A DNA stretch of 62,906 bases, counting the filler, from Chiloscyllium plagiosum (taxonomy: Eukaryota), in assembly GCF_004010195.1 (NCBI RefSeq). It is 5 parts of one record of this genome, joined end to end, with 100 filler letters (N's around TTAATTAATTAA, not from the genome) between each part and the next. Parts side by side here need not be neighbours in the genome. Positions count along the whole stretch, not along the records: positions 19,462 to 36,772 come from NC_057712.1; 4 more parts are not named here. The stretch is one strand, 5' to 3'. Shown piece after piece: positions 24,035-35,636 of the stretch. The position numbers and the translations under genes were made by a program. The notes below the pieces were generated by a model that saw only the letters and a list, made by a program, of their open reading frames with translations, was not told the origin of the DNA and did no database searches. Positions within the stretch are counted from its first letter, which is position 1. Every line of letters starts with the position of its first letter.

Positions 24035-24118
24035 CTATAGATGCTGCCTGACCCACTGTGATCTCCAGCATTTGTTGCTTTCAGTACAGATTCCAGGATC
24101 TGCAGTAATTTGCTCCTA
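24035..24118 (+). mobile_element. Penelope-like terminal fragment
   Basis: GATGCTGCCTGACCCACTGTGATCTCCAGCATTTG..TCTGCAGTAATTTGC. Confidence 0.6.
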
Positions 24119-24329
24119 GTTCCTGGCCATGTCCTTCTTGTTTTAGCATCAACATTCAACAGACCTTTAGTGGAAAGGTGTCAACTAAAAACCTGACCTT
24201 TAAATCGGCCAGGCTGGAAGATGTCAAAACATGGAGATCATGGGACTGGGAAAAGGAGAGGAACGTGAAGTAACAGAGTAAGAAGTTGGAAGGATGCAGG
24301 AGTATTGTCAGCTGAAGTAAATAACAAGA

Positions 24330-24510
24330 TAAAAAACCTGCAGATGCTGGAATCCAGGAGGGACAGGCAGGAGGCTGGGGAACACAGCAAGGCAGGCAGC
24401 ATCAGGAGGGACAGGCAGGAGGCTGGGGGAACACAGCAAGGCAGGCAGCATCAGGGGACAGGCAGGGGGCTGGGTGAATACAGCAAGGCAGGCAGCATCA
24501 GGAGGGACAC
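24330..24510 (-). repeat. Penelope terminus expanded into an approximately 48-bp minisatellite
   Basis: CTGCAGATGCTGGAATCC followed by about 3 x GGGACAGGCAGGAGGCTGGGGAACACAGCAAGGCAGGCAGCATCAGG. Confidence 0.8.
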
Positions 24511-25283
24511 CTAAAATACCTCAAAAAAGGAACACTTCTTACAGCCACAATTTTTCCAGTCCTCCATCTTGGATTACCCAAAATCCATGTCTCTCATTCC
24601 ATTTCCTCTCTTCCTCACAACTCTTCCATAACACAGTTCACCTTCATTTCCCATTGCAGTCCATCCCATCTGAGCCTTATCCCCATTTGAAAAGAAGTGA
24701 AAACAGGTTCCGTACTGAAGTTTTTTGTGATCCTGTGTTGCTCCTTCTTTGTGCCCTTTCTGACTTTACTCTAGTAATCCCACCCTCTTTTAGCCTTCTC
24801 GATCCGAAGAGAGTGTCCGATCTCATCCTCATGGTGATAAGTGGAACACTGGAACTTCTTCAAAATTCTCTCAGCTTTTTATTTACAGAGGTACACATTT
24901 CTCATTGTGTACCTTTACCAGAACTGTGTTTAAGTGTCTCTGTATAAATAAACACAGTTGAATTCCCAAATAGTACTCATAGATATGTGACATCCAGTTG
25001 AGATATAATTAACATGTTAGACACTGCCTACCTGTAGCATCACAGGAAATTGATTTGTGAGCTCCCTAGAAGTATGTAGAGTTGGATAGCTGAAACAAAA
25101 TTAAAAGAACTGTTAAAAAATATTTTATTCCAAAATTTCCTCTGTCTACAAAGAAATAATAATCAGTTTTATACAATTTTGAATATGCCATGATTGAATG
25201 TGTATATATTAAGACCACTGGCGTGTTGTAGAATAAACGTACCAAGAAAGGAAACATTGTGCAGCGGTGAAGTGCTAATAAAA

Positions 25284-25498
25284 GTGGGTTTACTCCAGGT
25301 GCTCTGGTTTCCTCCCACAGTCCAAAGATGTGCAGGTTAGGTGAATTGGCCATGCTAAATTGTCCGTAGTGTTAGGTAAGGGGTAAATGTAGGGGTGTGG
25401 GTGGGTTGCGCTTCGGCGGGGCGGTGTGGACTTGTTGGGCCAAAGGGCCTGTTTCCACACTGTATGTAATCTAATCTAATCTAATCTAATCTAATCTA
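25284..25498 (+). mobile_element. 5'-truncated HE1-type SINE with (CTAAT)n tail
   Basis: GGTTTCCTCCCACAGTCCAAAGATGTGCAGGTTAGG..GGGCCTGTTTCCACACTG. Confidence 0.92.
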
Positions 25499-25647
25499 AA
25501 AGTCATTAAGCCTCAAGAAACAGTAGCGACAGCTAAGGGGGCTTTGGGAATTCAGTGTTAGGGTGAGGCAAGATCCCTCAGAGCCTGAACATGCAGGAAG
25601 CAGACCCTAGATCACAGCCTTCCCAGAAACAGCTTCCTAACTGGCTA

Positions 25648-25745
25648 CAAAAACAGAAATTGCTGGAAAAGCTTAGCAGGTCTGACAGCATCTGTGGAGA
25701 GAAATCAGAGTTAATGTTTCGCGTGCAGTGACCTTTCCTCAGAAC
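25648..25745 (-). mobile_element. Penelope-like terminus with a degenerate hammerhead motif
   Basis: Reverse complement of 25710-25745 is GTT CTGAGGA AAGGTCACTGCACGC GAAAC ATT AAC. Confidence 0.6.
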
Positions 25746-25877
25746 TACCTCTGTCAGGGTGGTAGCTGAACTCTCAATGCAGCCAGCCCAGTCAGATCAC
25801 CTGATAGTCAATCCCACTGGGGGAGGGAGATGATGCTGAGGCAGGTTGGAAACTGAAGAACAATTCAACAAAGTGAA

Positions 25878-26363
25878 AATAGAACATAGAAAAGTGCAGC
25901 ACAGAACAGGCCCTTAGGCCCACGATGTTGTGCCGAGGTTTAATCCTGATGTAAAATATAGTAACTTAACCTGCACACCCCTCACCTCGCTGCTATCCAT
26001 GTGCATGTCCAGCAGTCGCTTAAATGTCCCCAATGACTCTGCTTCCACCACCACAGCTGGCAACACATTCCATGCATTCACAACTCTCTGCGTAAAGAAC
26101 CTACCTCTAACGTCTCCTTTATACCTTCCTCCTAATATCTTCAGACTATGACTTCTCGTACCAGTCAATCCTGCCCTGGGGAAAAGGCTCTGGCTATTGA
26201 CTCTAACTATTCCACTCATTATCTTGTATACCTCGATCAGGTCTCCTCACTTCCTCCTTCTCTCCAGAGAGAAAAGTCTGAGCTTATTCAACCTTTCTTC
26301 ATACGGCAAGCCCTCCAGTCCAGGCAGCATCCTGGTAAACCTTCTTTGCACCCTCTCCAAAGC
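25878..26363 (-). mobile_element. CR1 3' fragment
   Basis: DVRGRFFTQRVVNAWNVLP..FKRLLDMHM, and a TAGAACATAGAA tail. Confidence 0.92.
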
Positions 26364-27167
26364 CCCAAATAATTAGCCAAGCTGTTAATGCCCTGGGAGT
26401 GGAAGGGAAGCTTCCCTATGTGCGGCCTTTCCTGTCTCATTGAGAAATGAGTTACTGGTTCAGTCAGACTCCAGGCCTTGCAGATGGCCAGGGAGCTGGT
26501 GGTAACGTTTCAAGAGTTGTTCTGCCAATGACATATGTCAGGCACAGTCACAAAATCATCTCTAATTGGGAAGTTAATAATCCCAATCAGCTTCCTGCCT
26601 CTATATGGAGGGAGCAGCTACTGCTCCTCGATTTTCCTGCTCCTATCTCCTAGCTCACAAAATTCAGCTAATGTGTATTTGATCAAGAATTCCTTAATAC
26701 AATTCATTGTGTTTTGTTGCTTCAGTTTGCACATTTATGTGAAATAGTTTTGAGATATTCCCTAAAACCTCTCGGTAAGCTGTATTTGCTGCCAACATGG
26801 TTTTGTTGCTGTCTCTCAGGAATCAGCACTTTGAGAAGTAACTGTTTAAAAATGAATGTGACTCATAGACATTACTCACCAGGATGTGTGGGCTACTTTG
26901 TAAATGTTGATTGCAAATTGCTGTTGATGTCAAATCTGCCAACATTGTACAATAAAATAACTAAGGATGAAGCAGATTCTTTGTCAGTAATTAATATTCC
27001 AGTTTATTTTATGCTGGAATGGAAATACAAAACCAACAGAGCAGGGAGAAAACTGAACCTTCCAGTTGGTTTTGGGGTTCCCTCATTTCACATGTACTGG
27101 GGCAATCTGCAATTCTGTTTTCTTATTTACTTGGTTCAAGACATGATAATGGAATGAACAATATTAC

Positions 27168-28350
27168 GTTTGTCAAGTTCTTTGAGAAGGTGACCAAACA
27201 GGTGGAGGGTAAAGTGGTTGATGTGGTGTATATGGATTTCAGTAAGGTGTTTGATAAGGTTCCCCACGGTAGGCTATTGCACAAAATACAGAGGTATGGG
27301 ATTGAGTATGATTTAGTGGTTTGGGTCAGAAATTGGCTAGCTGAAAGAAGACAGAGGGTGGTGGGTGATGGGAAATGTTCATCCTGGAGTGCAGTTACTA
27401 GTGGTTTACCACAAGGATCTGTTTTGAGGCCACTGCTGTTTGTCATTTTGAGGCTGTAGAAGGATGGGTTAATAAATTTGCGGATGACACTAAGGTTGGT
27501 GGAGTTGTGGATAATGATGAAGGATGTTGTAGGTTACAGAGGGACATAGATAAGCTGCAGAGCTGGGCTGAGAGGTGGCAAATGGAGTTTAATGTGGCAA
27601 AGTGTGAGGAGATTCACTTTGGAAGGAGCAACAGGAATACAGTGTACCGGGCTAATGGTAAGATTCTTGGTAGTGTGGATAAGCAGAGAGATCTCGGTGT
27701 CCTTGTACATAGATCCCTGAAAGTTGCCACCCAGGTTGATAGGGTTGTTAAGAAGGCATACGGTGTGTTAGCTTTCATTAGTAGACATCATACTGCAGCT
27801 GTACAAAACTCTGGTGCAGCCGCACTTGAAGTATTGCATACAGTTCTGGTCACTGCATTATAGGAAGGATGTGGAAGCTTTGGAAAGGGTTCAGAGGAGA
27901 TTTACCAGGATGTTGCCTGGTATGGAGGGAAGGTCTTATGAGGAAAGTCTGAGGGACTTGAATCTGTTTTCGTTAGAGAGAGGAAGGTTGAGAGGTGACT
28001 TAATAGAGACATATAAGATAATCAGAGGGTTAGATAGGGTGGACAGTGAGAACCTTTTTCCTCGGATGGTGATGGCTAGCATGAGGGGACAAAACTTTAA
28101 ATTGAGGGGTGATAAATATAGGACAGATGTCAGAGGTAGTTTCTTTACTCAGAGAGTAGTAGGGATGTGGAATGCCCTGCCTGTAACAGTAGTAGATTGG
28201 CCAACTTCCAGGGCATTTAAATGGACATTGGATAGACATATGGATGAGAATGGAATAGTGTAAGGTAAATCGGCTTCAGATTGGTTACACAGGTCAGCGC
28301 AACATCGAGGGCTGAAGGGCCTCCACTGCGCTGGAATGTTCTATGTTTTA
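27168..28350 (+). mobile_element. CR1 RT and 3' end
   Basis: VYMDFSKVFDKVPHGRLL, GLPQGSVL, KFADDTK, WQMEFN and [15 protein letters not shown]. Same subfamily as 4966-7795. Confidence 0.95.
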
Positions 28351-29123
28351 TTCTGTGTTTATAGTAACACTGTTAGCCTCCCTCCTTCACATCTCCCTCC
28401 AGCCAGCACTCCCCATCACTGACTGATCTTCTCTTGCCATCATGCTAATTCACTGGTGCTCATTAGACATTTTCTAATCAACAACGACCAGTAATGGAGT
28501 AGAATCAGTAAAATGAGAAAAAGGTTTGGACTTTGTGGTCAGTGGCAACACAGCGATTCTTCCTGTTCCCTCTGTTTGATTTTAATTCTTTCACAGGATG
28601 TGCCTTTACCAGAGAAGGATACTTTCCAGGCCATGGTGACAGAAGTGAATTCTGTGGTTAGAAGGGCTAAACATGTATCGAGCAGAAATGTTAGATAGAC
28701 TGTTGATTTTAAAGTTGACAAGGGACAGGGACCATTGGAACACAAAGGGACTTGGGGAACATGTGCACGAAACACAAAGCCAGCACACAGGGACAGCAAG
28801 TAATCAGGAAGGCCAACGGAATGTTGGCCCTTGTTTCAAGGGGACTGAAGGGAAGGAATTAACTGCAACTGTACAAGGCACTAGTGACAGCACATCTAGT
28901 AGATGGTGGTCAGGCTCTGAGGAGTCAGGATGTGAGTTACTTGCTGCAGTATTCCTAACCTTTGACCTGCCCTGATAGCCCCTTTATTTATGTTGTGAGT
29001 CTAGTTTATTTATAGGGTCAATGGTAACCTCCAGGATGTTGGCAGTGGGGGACTCAGTGATGACATCATTAAATATTGAGGCAATGGTTAATGTCTCATC
29101 TTGGATATGTCATTGCCTTTCAT

Positions 29124-29390
29124 TTAGAACATCGAACAGGACAGCACAGTGCAGGCCCTTTGGCCCTGGATGTTGTGTGCCCACCTTTTATCCTACTCTA
29201 AGATCAAGTTAATCTACATACCCTACATTTTACAATCATCTATGTGCTTATGCAAGAGTTGTTTAAATGTCCCTAATGTACCTGACTATACTCCCACTGT
29301 TGGCAGTGCATTCCACACACCCACCACTCTCTGTGTACAGAACTGACCTCTGACATCTCCCCTAAACCTTCCTCCAATCACCTTAAAATT
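29124..29390 (-). mobile_element. CR1 3' tail fragment
   Basis: TAGAACATCGAACAG..GGCCCTTTGGCCC..GGCAGTGCATTCCACACACCCACCACTCT. Confidence 0.8.
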
Positions 29391-30015
29391 TGTGTTGTGA
29401 GAATGTTAATGCAGGGGCTGTTGAAGCTCATCTTGTTTGAGAGGGTGCCATCCTCTGAGAAAAACCTCCAGATTTCTCAACTTGCAAATGCAAGTTGTTG
29501 CCATACTTAATCCATAATCGCAGTACATGCTGATCATCTCTAATATTGCTTTAACAAACTCTGGATCAATATAAAGTTCATAAGCATAACTTTGTTTGAT
29601 TTTTCTCAGTTAAATTAATAGCAATTATTGTTCAAAGATTGTAAAATTTACTTTTCATGATTTAGTTTCTCATTCTTTATTTGTATTATGTAAATACTTA
29701 TTAGTGTGTATGAATTAAAATGTCTGTGCATAACTTGACTGTGGTATAACTTTTAATGTAATTAACAGATGTACCTACTTACAAGAAATATTTACTTGCA
29801 TTTTAATGGTGCTGATTTAAGTACTTAGTCTAAAGAGGCTAATTATAAATGAGTTCAAATCATATAGGAAAGAAATGAATTATGATATAAGGTGCATTAT
29901 TATTTTTATTAGTATATGTAATTCCAGGCTTATCCTGAACCCTTTTTATATAAATCAACTAATCTTTTTTATTTCCATTGCTGTGCACCATTTGCCCATC
30001 CATATTAAATTACAG

Positions 30016-30018
30016 AAG
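30016..30018 (+). other. Candidate 3-nt AAG microexon or recursive splice site
   Basis: TTACAG|AAG|GTAAGA, with an AG-free zone of about 85 nt, a CTAAT branch-like site, a U-rich tract and TGC motifs, in repeat-free DNA. Confidence 0.55.
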
Positions 30019-30759
30019 GTAAGAAATTAGCTATGTAAAAAAAAAGTTTCATGCAAAACATTATTGTAGCCTGCATTTAGTGAGCCTCATTAGTCATATA
30101 AATGAAAGGGAAAGAACTTGAAAGCACTCATGGAGTTATTGGCTTTGAAGAACGTGGTCATTAGTTTCATTATTTTGATGTATGCTGAAATCTGTGGCTG
30201 CTCTGTTTTGACTTTTATACATTGTGAAGTTGATTAGCCTGAGGGGCTACATGTTGATGTCAAGCCACTGCAAGTCTAACTCAGCAAGACTTTTCCATTT
30301 GTGATTTTTGCTGGAGTTGCTCTCAGTTTTTTATCTCGCAATACACTACAGGCCTTTTAAAGAAGCTGTGAGTTTGACTCTGTGTATGCATTTATAAGAT
30401 TGGTTCACATATTCTTGTGATATGTACTAAGTGTCTATAAGAAATGCCCAGAAGCAAAACCTTCTATAAATATGCATTTAGTACTGACAATTCCACTAGT
30501 CTTGGTGTAAAATACCTAGTTTAAAGTCCTTTCATGTGATTAGGAGCAAAATATCCTAAGGAAATTTCTTGCAGTGACATAAATTTATATTGTTTTATGA
30601 AATTATAGCCAGGATATTGCATTCAAACAAAAATGGTTTGTGTTTGTTTTGAAAATGACCATGCGGCTCCTTTTTGAACACAGCTTATTTATAGATTTTG
30701 AGTCTGGGGCATGTATTTTAATTATGTTTGAATGTTTGTCAGATAAGCAACATGATAAT

Positions 30760-31556
30760 GTGTGAAGAAAGCCTTTGACAAAGTACCACTTAAAGCCCAG
30801 GTGAGCAAAATCGAGACTTGTGAAATAGGAGGGTTTGAATAAAATATTGGCTTCGGCACAGAAAACAGCGAGTCATGATAAATGATTGCTTTTCAGACAG
30901 AAACGTGTCAGACAGCGGTTTTTCCCAAGTTTCTGTGCTAGAATTGCTGCTTTTTTTGATCTACAAATGACTGAGATATTGAAAGACAAAGTGAAAAATT
31001 TTGAAATTTTAATTATACCAGACTTGGAGGTGTGGCAAATGGTGTGCCTCTAGCAATTGGATTTAACAGAACATTGATAGGTGACCAGATTGGGCAGGTA
31101 AGTGGCAAATGCAATTTAGTACAGAGAAATGTGAGGTGATGCATTTTGCTAACACAGATAAGGAGATGCAGTATAGATGTAATGACAATTATAGAGTGCA
31201 CGGAGTCAGAGAGACATTTGGCTTCATATGCATAGTCTGTGAGGGTGATGGGATGTAGAGAGAGAAATTAGCAAAACGCATGAGTTATTTGGCTTCATTA
31301 ATACAAGCATTGAGTACCAAAGCAAGGAAGTCATACTGAAGACTTTGGTTCTGCCACAACCAGACGATTGCACCCATACTTCCAGAAGATGTGAGTATCC
31401 TTGAGATGATGAAGGGCAAAGTTAACAGTGTGGTTTCAGGAATGAGGGAACTTAGCCACAACGTGCTGGCTAGAGAAATTGGATTTGTTCAGTTTGGAGC
31501 AATGGGGTTAAGGAGAAGTTTAATAGAGAGGTAAATGATTACGACAGGTTTAGACA
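30760..31556 (+). mobile_element. Highly decayed CR1 RT fragment
   Basis: KAFDKVP, RKQRV, WQMQF..EKCEVMHF remnants. Confidence 0.75.
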
Positions 31557-31557
31557 A

Positions 31558-32388
31558 TGGAGTTATAGCGTCATACAGCACGGGAAAAGACCCTTTGGTC
31601 CAACTAGTCCATGAGGAGAAAGTGAGGTCTGCAGATGCTGGAGATCAGAGCTGAAAATGTGTTGCTGGAAAAGCGCAGCAGGTCAGGCAGCATCCAGGGA
31701 ACAGGAGAATCAGGAAGAAGGGCTTATGCCCGAAACGTCGATTCTCCTGTTCCCTGGATGCTGCATGACCTGCCGCGCTTTTCCAGCAACACATTTTCAG
31801 CTCCAACTAGTCCATGCCAACCATGTTCCCAAGCCTAAGTCCTCCCACTTGCCTGAGTTTGGCCCCTATCCCTCCAAACCTTTCCTATTCATATACTTAC
31901 AAAATGTCTTTCAAATCTTGTAACTGCACCTGCATCCATCACTTCCTCTGGCAGTTCAATCCACATATGAACCATTTTCTGTGTAAAAAAAGTTGCCCTT
32001 CGTATCTTTTCAAAATTATTCTCCCCTCAACTTAAAATATGCCCTCTCGTCTTGAAATCCCCTACCCTAGGGAAAAGACACCTGCCATTCACCTTATCTA
32101 TAAGCCTCATGATTTTATAAACCTCTACAAGGTCACCTCAACCTCCTATGCTCCATTGAAAAAAAATCCCAGCCTGTCCAGCCTTTCCTTTTAGCTGAAA
32201 CCCTCCATTCCCAGTAACATCCTGGTAAACCTTTCCAGTTTAATAATATCCTTCCTATAATAAGGGAGATCAGAACTGGGGACACAAGGAGTCTCACCAA
32301 TATCCTGTACAATCTGAACATACTGTCCCAACTCTTATACTCAGAGTTCTGAGCAATGAAGGCAAATGTGCTAAACATCTTCTTAAAA
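31558..32388 (-). mobile_element. CR1/HER1-type 3' fragment with a nested Penelope piece
   Basis: The 3' UTR GACCCTTTGGTCCAACTAGTCCATG is split by the insertion. The minus strand encodes RRLRGDL.EVYKIM. Confidence 0.88.
31614..31801. mobile_element. Short palindromic Penelope-derived insertion with a 15-bp TSD
   Basis: TCCAACTAGTCCATG at 31599-31613 and 31802-31816. It has inverted arms and a partial hammerhead GAAGAAGGGCTTATGCCCGAAACGTCGA. Confidence 0.88.
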
Positions 32389-32776
32389 TGCCTAGGTCTC
32401 TCTGTTCTGCAACACTGCCCAGTTCCTATTTTTAATTGTATAGGTATTGTCTTTATTTGTGTGGGCATAAATGTTGTATGAATGGAGGTATGTATGTAGC
32501 AAGGTGTTTATACACAAATGCTAGAAGTAAATGAAATAAGATATGGAATTTGGAGGCTGTTGTGAACATTAGGAAGCTACATGGAGTGGGAATACTAAAA
32601 CAATATTTATGAATAGAGTTTGGCTTTGCATTTCACAATTCCGTGGGATGCAGTCCTGGCTATCTTTACTAAATACAACTGAGTGGTGAACAAAGTTAGT
32701 CCTGTGAAAATGCAGTAAACTACACAGGACAATTCTAATTCTGCTCCTGTATCTTTTGGTCCCATAGAGATTTCTT

Positions 32777-33411
32777 AATTGGAAGAATGCCGTAGAGTTC
32801 TCACAGGAAGGATGATATCAGTAAATGTAGTGAAGGTTGCTGTAAGAGTCAGTGGGTTTGTAATGGATGTTTAACCTATCCCCAGAAATGTAGGCAGGGA
32901 AACTGAAGGATAGTCAGGAAGAATCAGGGGTTGAGCAGATGAAGATGAGAGATAACTGGAAATTGGACATCAAGTCAAATTAAGGTTTCAAGCTCATGGT
33001 AGAAGCAGGAGACACCATCAATACATAGTTCATAATACCTGGAATGACAATTGTCTTCTGAGGAAATATTGGAGTAGGCTTGGCTAGCTTTTGCTGGTGT
33101 GTGGGCGAGTAAGAAGTGACTTGATTAAAACATAAGATGTTGAGAAATCTTGACACAGTAGATGTATTGATGGTGTCTCCTGCTTCTACCATGAGCTTGA
33201 AACCTTAATTTGACTTGATGTCCAATTTCCAGTTATCTCTCATCTTCATCTGCTCAACCCCTGATTCTTCCTGACTATCCTTCAGTTTCCCTGCCTACAT
33301 TTCTGGGGATAGGTTAAACATCCATTACAAACCCACTGACTCTTACAGCGACCTTCACTACATTTACTGATATCATCCTTCCTGTGAGAACTCTACGGCA
33401 TTCTTCCAATT
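32777..33411. repeat. Long inverted repeat: 250-bp arms, 135-bp spacer
   Basis: 32777-33026 is the reverse complement of 33162-33411, with one mismatch seen. Confidence 0.95.
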
Positions 33412-34650
33412 CCTCTACTTCCATTGGATTTGTTCTGGTGATGCCACCTTGCAAGCTCGCACTTCTAACATCGTTTGTCCTCTAATAAGGAATCCCTGTC
33501 AGCATGACAAATCTCAACTGTGTCTGACCTGTTTCACACACTCCTGCTATCATCCTGCCCTTACATTCTCTCCCAGAACCATGACAGGACTTATCCTCAT
33601 CCCCACTTTACACCCCACCAGCCTCCATATTTAACAGATCATTCTATCTCATCTTCACCTGTTCAGTATAGGAATATGAGAATAGGAGTAGGCCATTCAG
33701 CCCTTTGAATCAATTCTGCCATTCATCTGTGGCCTAACTCCATATACCTGCCTTTGGCCCATATCCCTTAATATCTTTACTTAATCATAAGACCATAAAA
33801 CGTAGCAGCAGAATTAGGCTATTCAGCCCACTGAGTCTGCTCTGCTATTCAATCATGGCTAATATGTCTCTCAATCCGTATTTCCCACCTTCTCTCCCTA
33901 ACCTTTGAACCCCTTGCTAATTAAGAACCTTTCGATCTCTGTCTTAAATACACTCAGGCTTTGCTTCTACAGCCTTCTGCAACAATGACTTCCACAGACT
34001 CCCCATCCTCCGGCTGAAGAATTTCCTCCTCCTCTCAGTTCTAAAGGGTCATCCCTTCACTCTGAGGCTGTGCCCTCTGGTCCTAGTCTCTCCTACTCGT
34101 GGAAGCATCTTCTTCACATCCACTCTATCCAGACATCTCAATATTCTATAAGGGTCGATCAGATCCTCCCCTCATCCTACCAAACTTTATCAAGTACAGA
34201 TCCAGAGTCCTCAACCGCTCCTCACATGACAAGCCCTTCATCCCTCGGACCATTCTTGTAAATCTCCTCTGGACTCCTTGCTAGGCCTTTCATGGGTACA
34301 TAGCCCAAATGTTGTCTGACCAGAGCCTTATGCAGCCTCAGCAGTACATCTTTGCTCTTGTATTCTCGCCCTCTTGAAAGTTTATCTATTTCAAATTTAA
34401 ATTTTCTGATGTCATGATGTCACACCAAACGTATCTTTCCCTGCCCTCTCCCTACAGTATTCTGAAGGGACCATTTCTGATCACCTGATCTGCTCCTCTG
34501 TCACCTACCTGGCCACTCCCTTCACTGAAGCACTTCTCTGTGCAAATACAGGAGATGTAACCCCTGACCTTTCACCTCTTCCCTTCATTCTGTCCAAGGC
34601 TCCAAGTATTCCCTCCAAGTGGAACAGAGATTTACCTGGATTTCTTTCAG
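33162..34650 (+). mobile_element. Decayed Penelope-like element, interrupted by CR1 tails
   Basis: IHYKPTDSYSDLHY..HP..FFQFL..ICSGDAT motifs. It resumes at about 34420 and continues to CR.CNP.PFTSS and QVEQRFT. Confidence 0.7.
33665..34378 (-). mobile_element. Two nested CR1 3' fragments
   Basis: Tails AGGAGTAGGCCATTCAGCCC and CATAAGACCATAA..GGCTATTCAGCCC. The minus strand encodes RFTRMVRGMKGLS.EERL. Confidence 0.82.
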
Positions 34651-35079
34651 TTTGTAGAGTTGTGTACCAATTCACCTTTTCACCAGTAAGCTTGCTTTAA
34701 TCTTGTTTTGATATTGAAAGCTTCAGATGGCAGCCAATTCTAGATTGTCAATGTTTAATCTCTTCCGGTCCCTGTAAGTTTAGATAATTTCACATAGTTG
34801 AGGAAGGAATAGTACAATTGATAGAAGATTGTTCCTCTCAGTTTAAACTCCATCTACAAACTCCAAACGGCTAGTAAACTTCAATTTGTAAACTCCTTGC
34901 TGTATTAGTAAAATTAATCAAAATATTAATGTTTTATTAAACCAATATTGATGAAATGTTTGTTGGCATCCCAAATTTGTGTGGCAATTTCCACAACAGA
35001 AAAACAATCATTGTCTTACTGGTGGAATGTTTCAAACTGGTTAAGATTGTAAAATGGATCAAAATCATTAATAGTGTTG

Positions 35080-35360
35080 GAGCAAATCACTGCTGGTGCT
35101 AGAATGTGTACTGAAAACAACAAAAGCAGGTCAGGCAGTATCCATGGAGAGAGAGCAAGCTGATTTTTCAGTCTAGGTAACTCTTCTTCAGAGCTGGTAA
35201 AGTGCGGAGGTCACAGCATTTTTACAATAGTTGTTGGGGGATGAGGGTGATGTGGAGTTGGTGGTGTGGGCTGTCGAGTGCTGAGGGAGAAAAGATATTG
35301 ATAGTTCAGATTAAGTGATTGCAATGTGAGAATGGCAGACCAATGGTGTATCTAACTGTC
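35080..35360 (-). mobile_element. Penelope-like terminus with a degenerate hammerhead motif
   Basis: Reverse complement of 35159-35194 is GCT CTGAAGA A GAGTTACCTAGACT GAAAA ATC AGC. Confidence 0.6.
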
Positions 35361-35367
35361 AGACTGG

Positions 35368-35636
35368 GAAGAAGAAGTTACACCCCAAATGTCGATTTTG
35401 CCACCTCCTGATGTTGCCTGCCTTGGTATGTTCCCCCAGCCTCCTGATGCTGCCTGCCTTGCTGTGTCCCTCTCCCTCCTTATGCTGCCTGCCTTGCTGT
35501 GTTCCCCCAGCCTCCTGGTGCAGCCTGCCTTGCTGTGTCCCTCTCCCTCCTGATGCTGCCTGCCTTGGTGCGTTCCTCTCCCTCCTGATGCTGCCTGCCT
35601 TGGTGTGTTCCCCCAGCCTCCTGATGCTGCCTGCCC
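35368..35636 (+). repeat. Penelope terminus expanded into an approximately 35-bp minisatellite
   Basis: Degenerate GAAGAAG..CCCCAAATGTCGA followed by about 6-7 x CCTCCTGATGCTGCCTGCCTTG(C/G)TGTGT... Confidence 0.82.

Noticed and set aside
28560..28720. Strong-looking acceptor TTCTTTCACAG followed by an open frame (DVPLPEKDTF...)
   Set aside because: The downstream sequence reads as decayed CR1 (EMLDRLLILKVDK-like), and there is no good donor.
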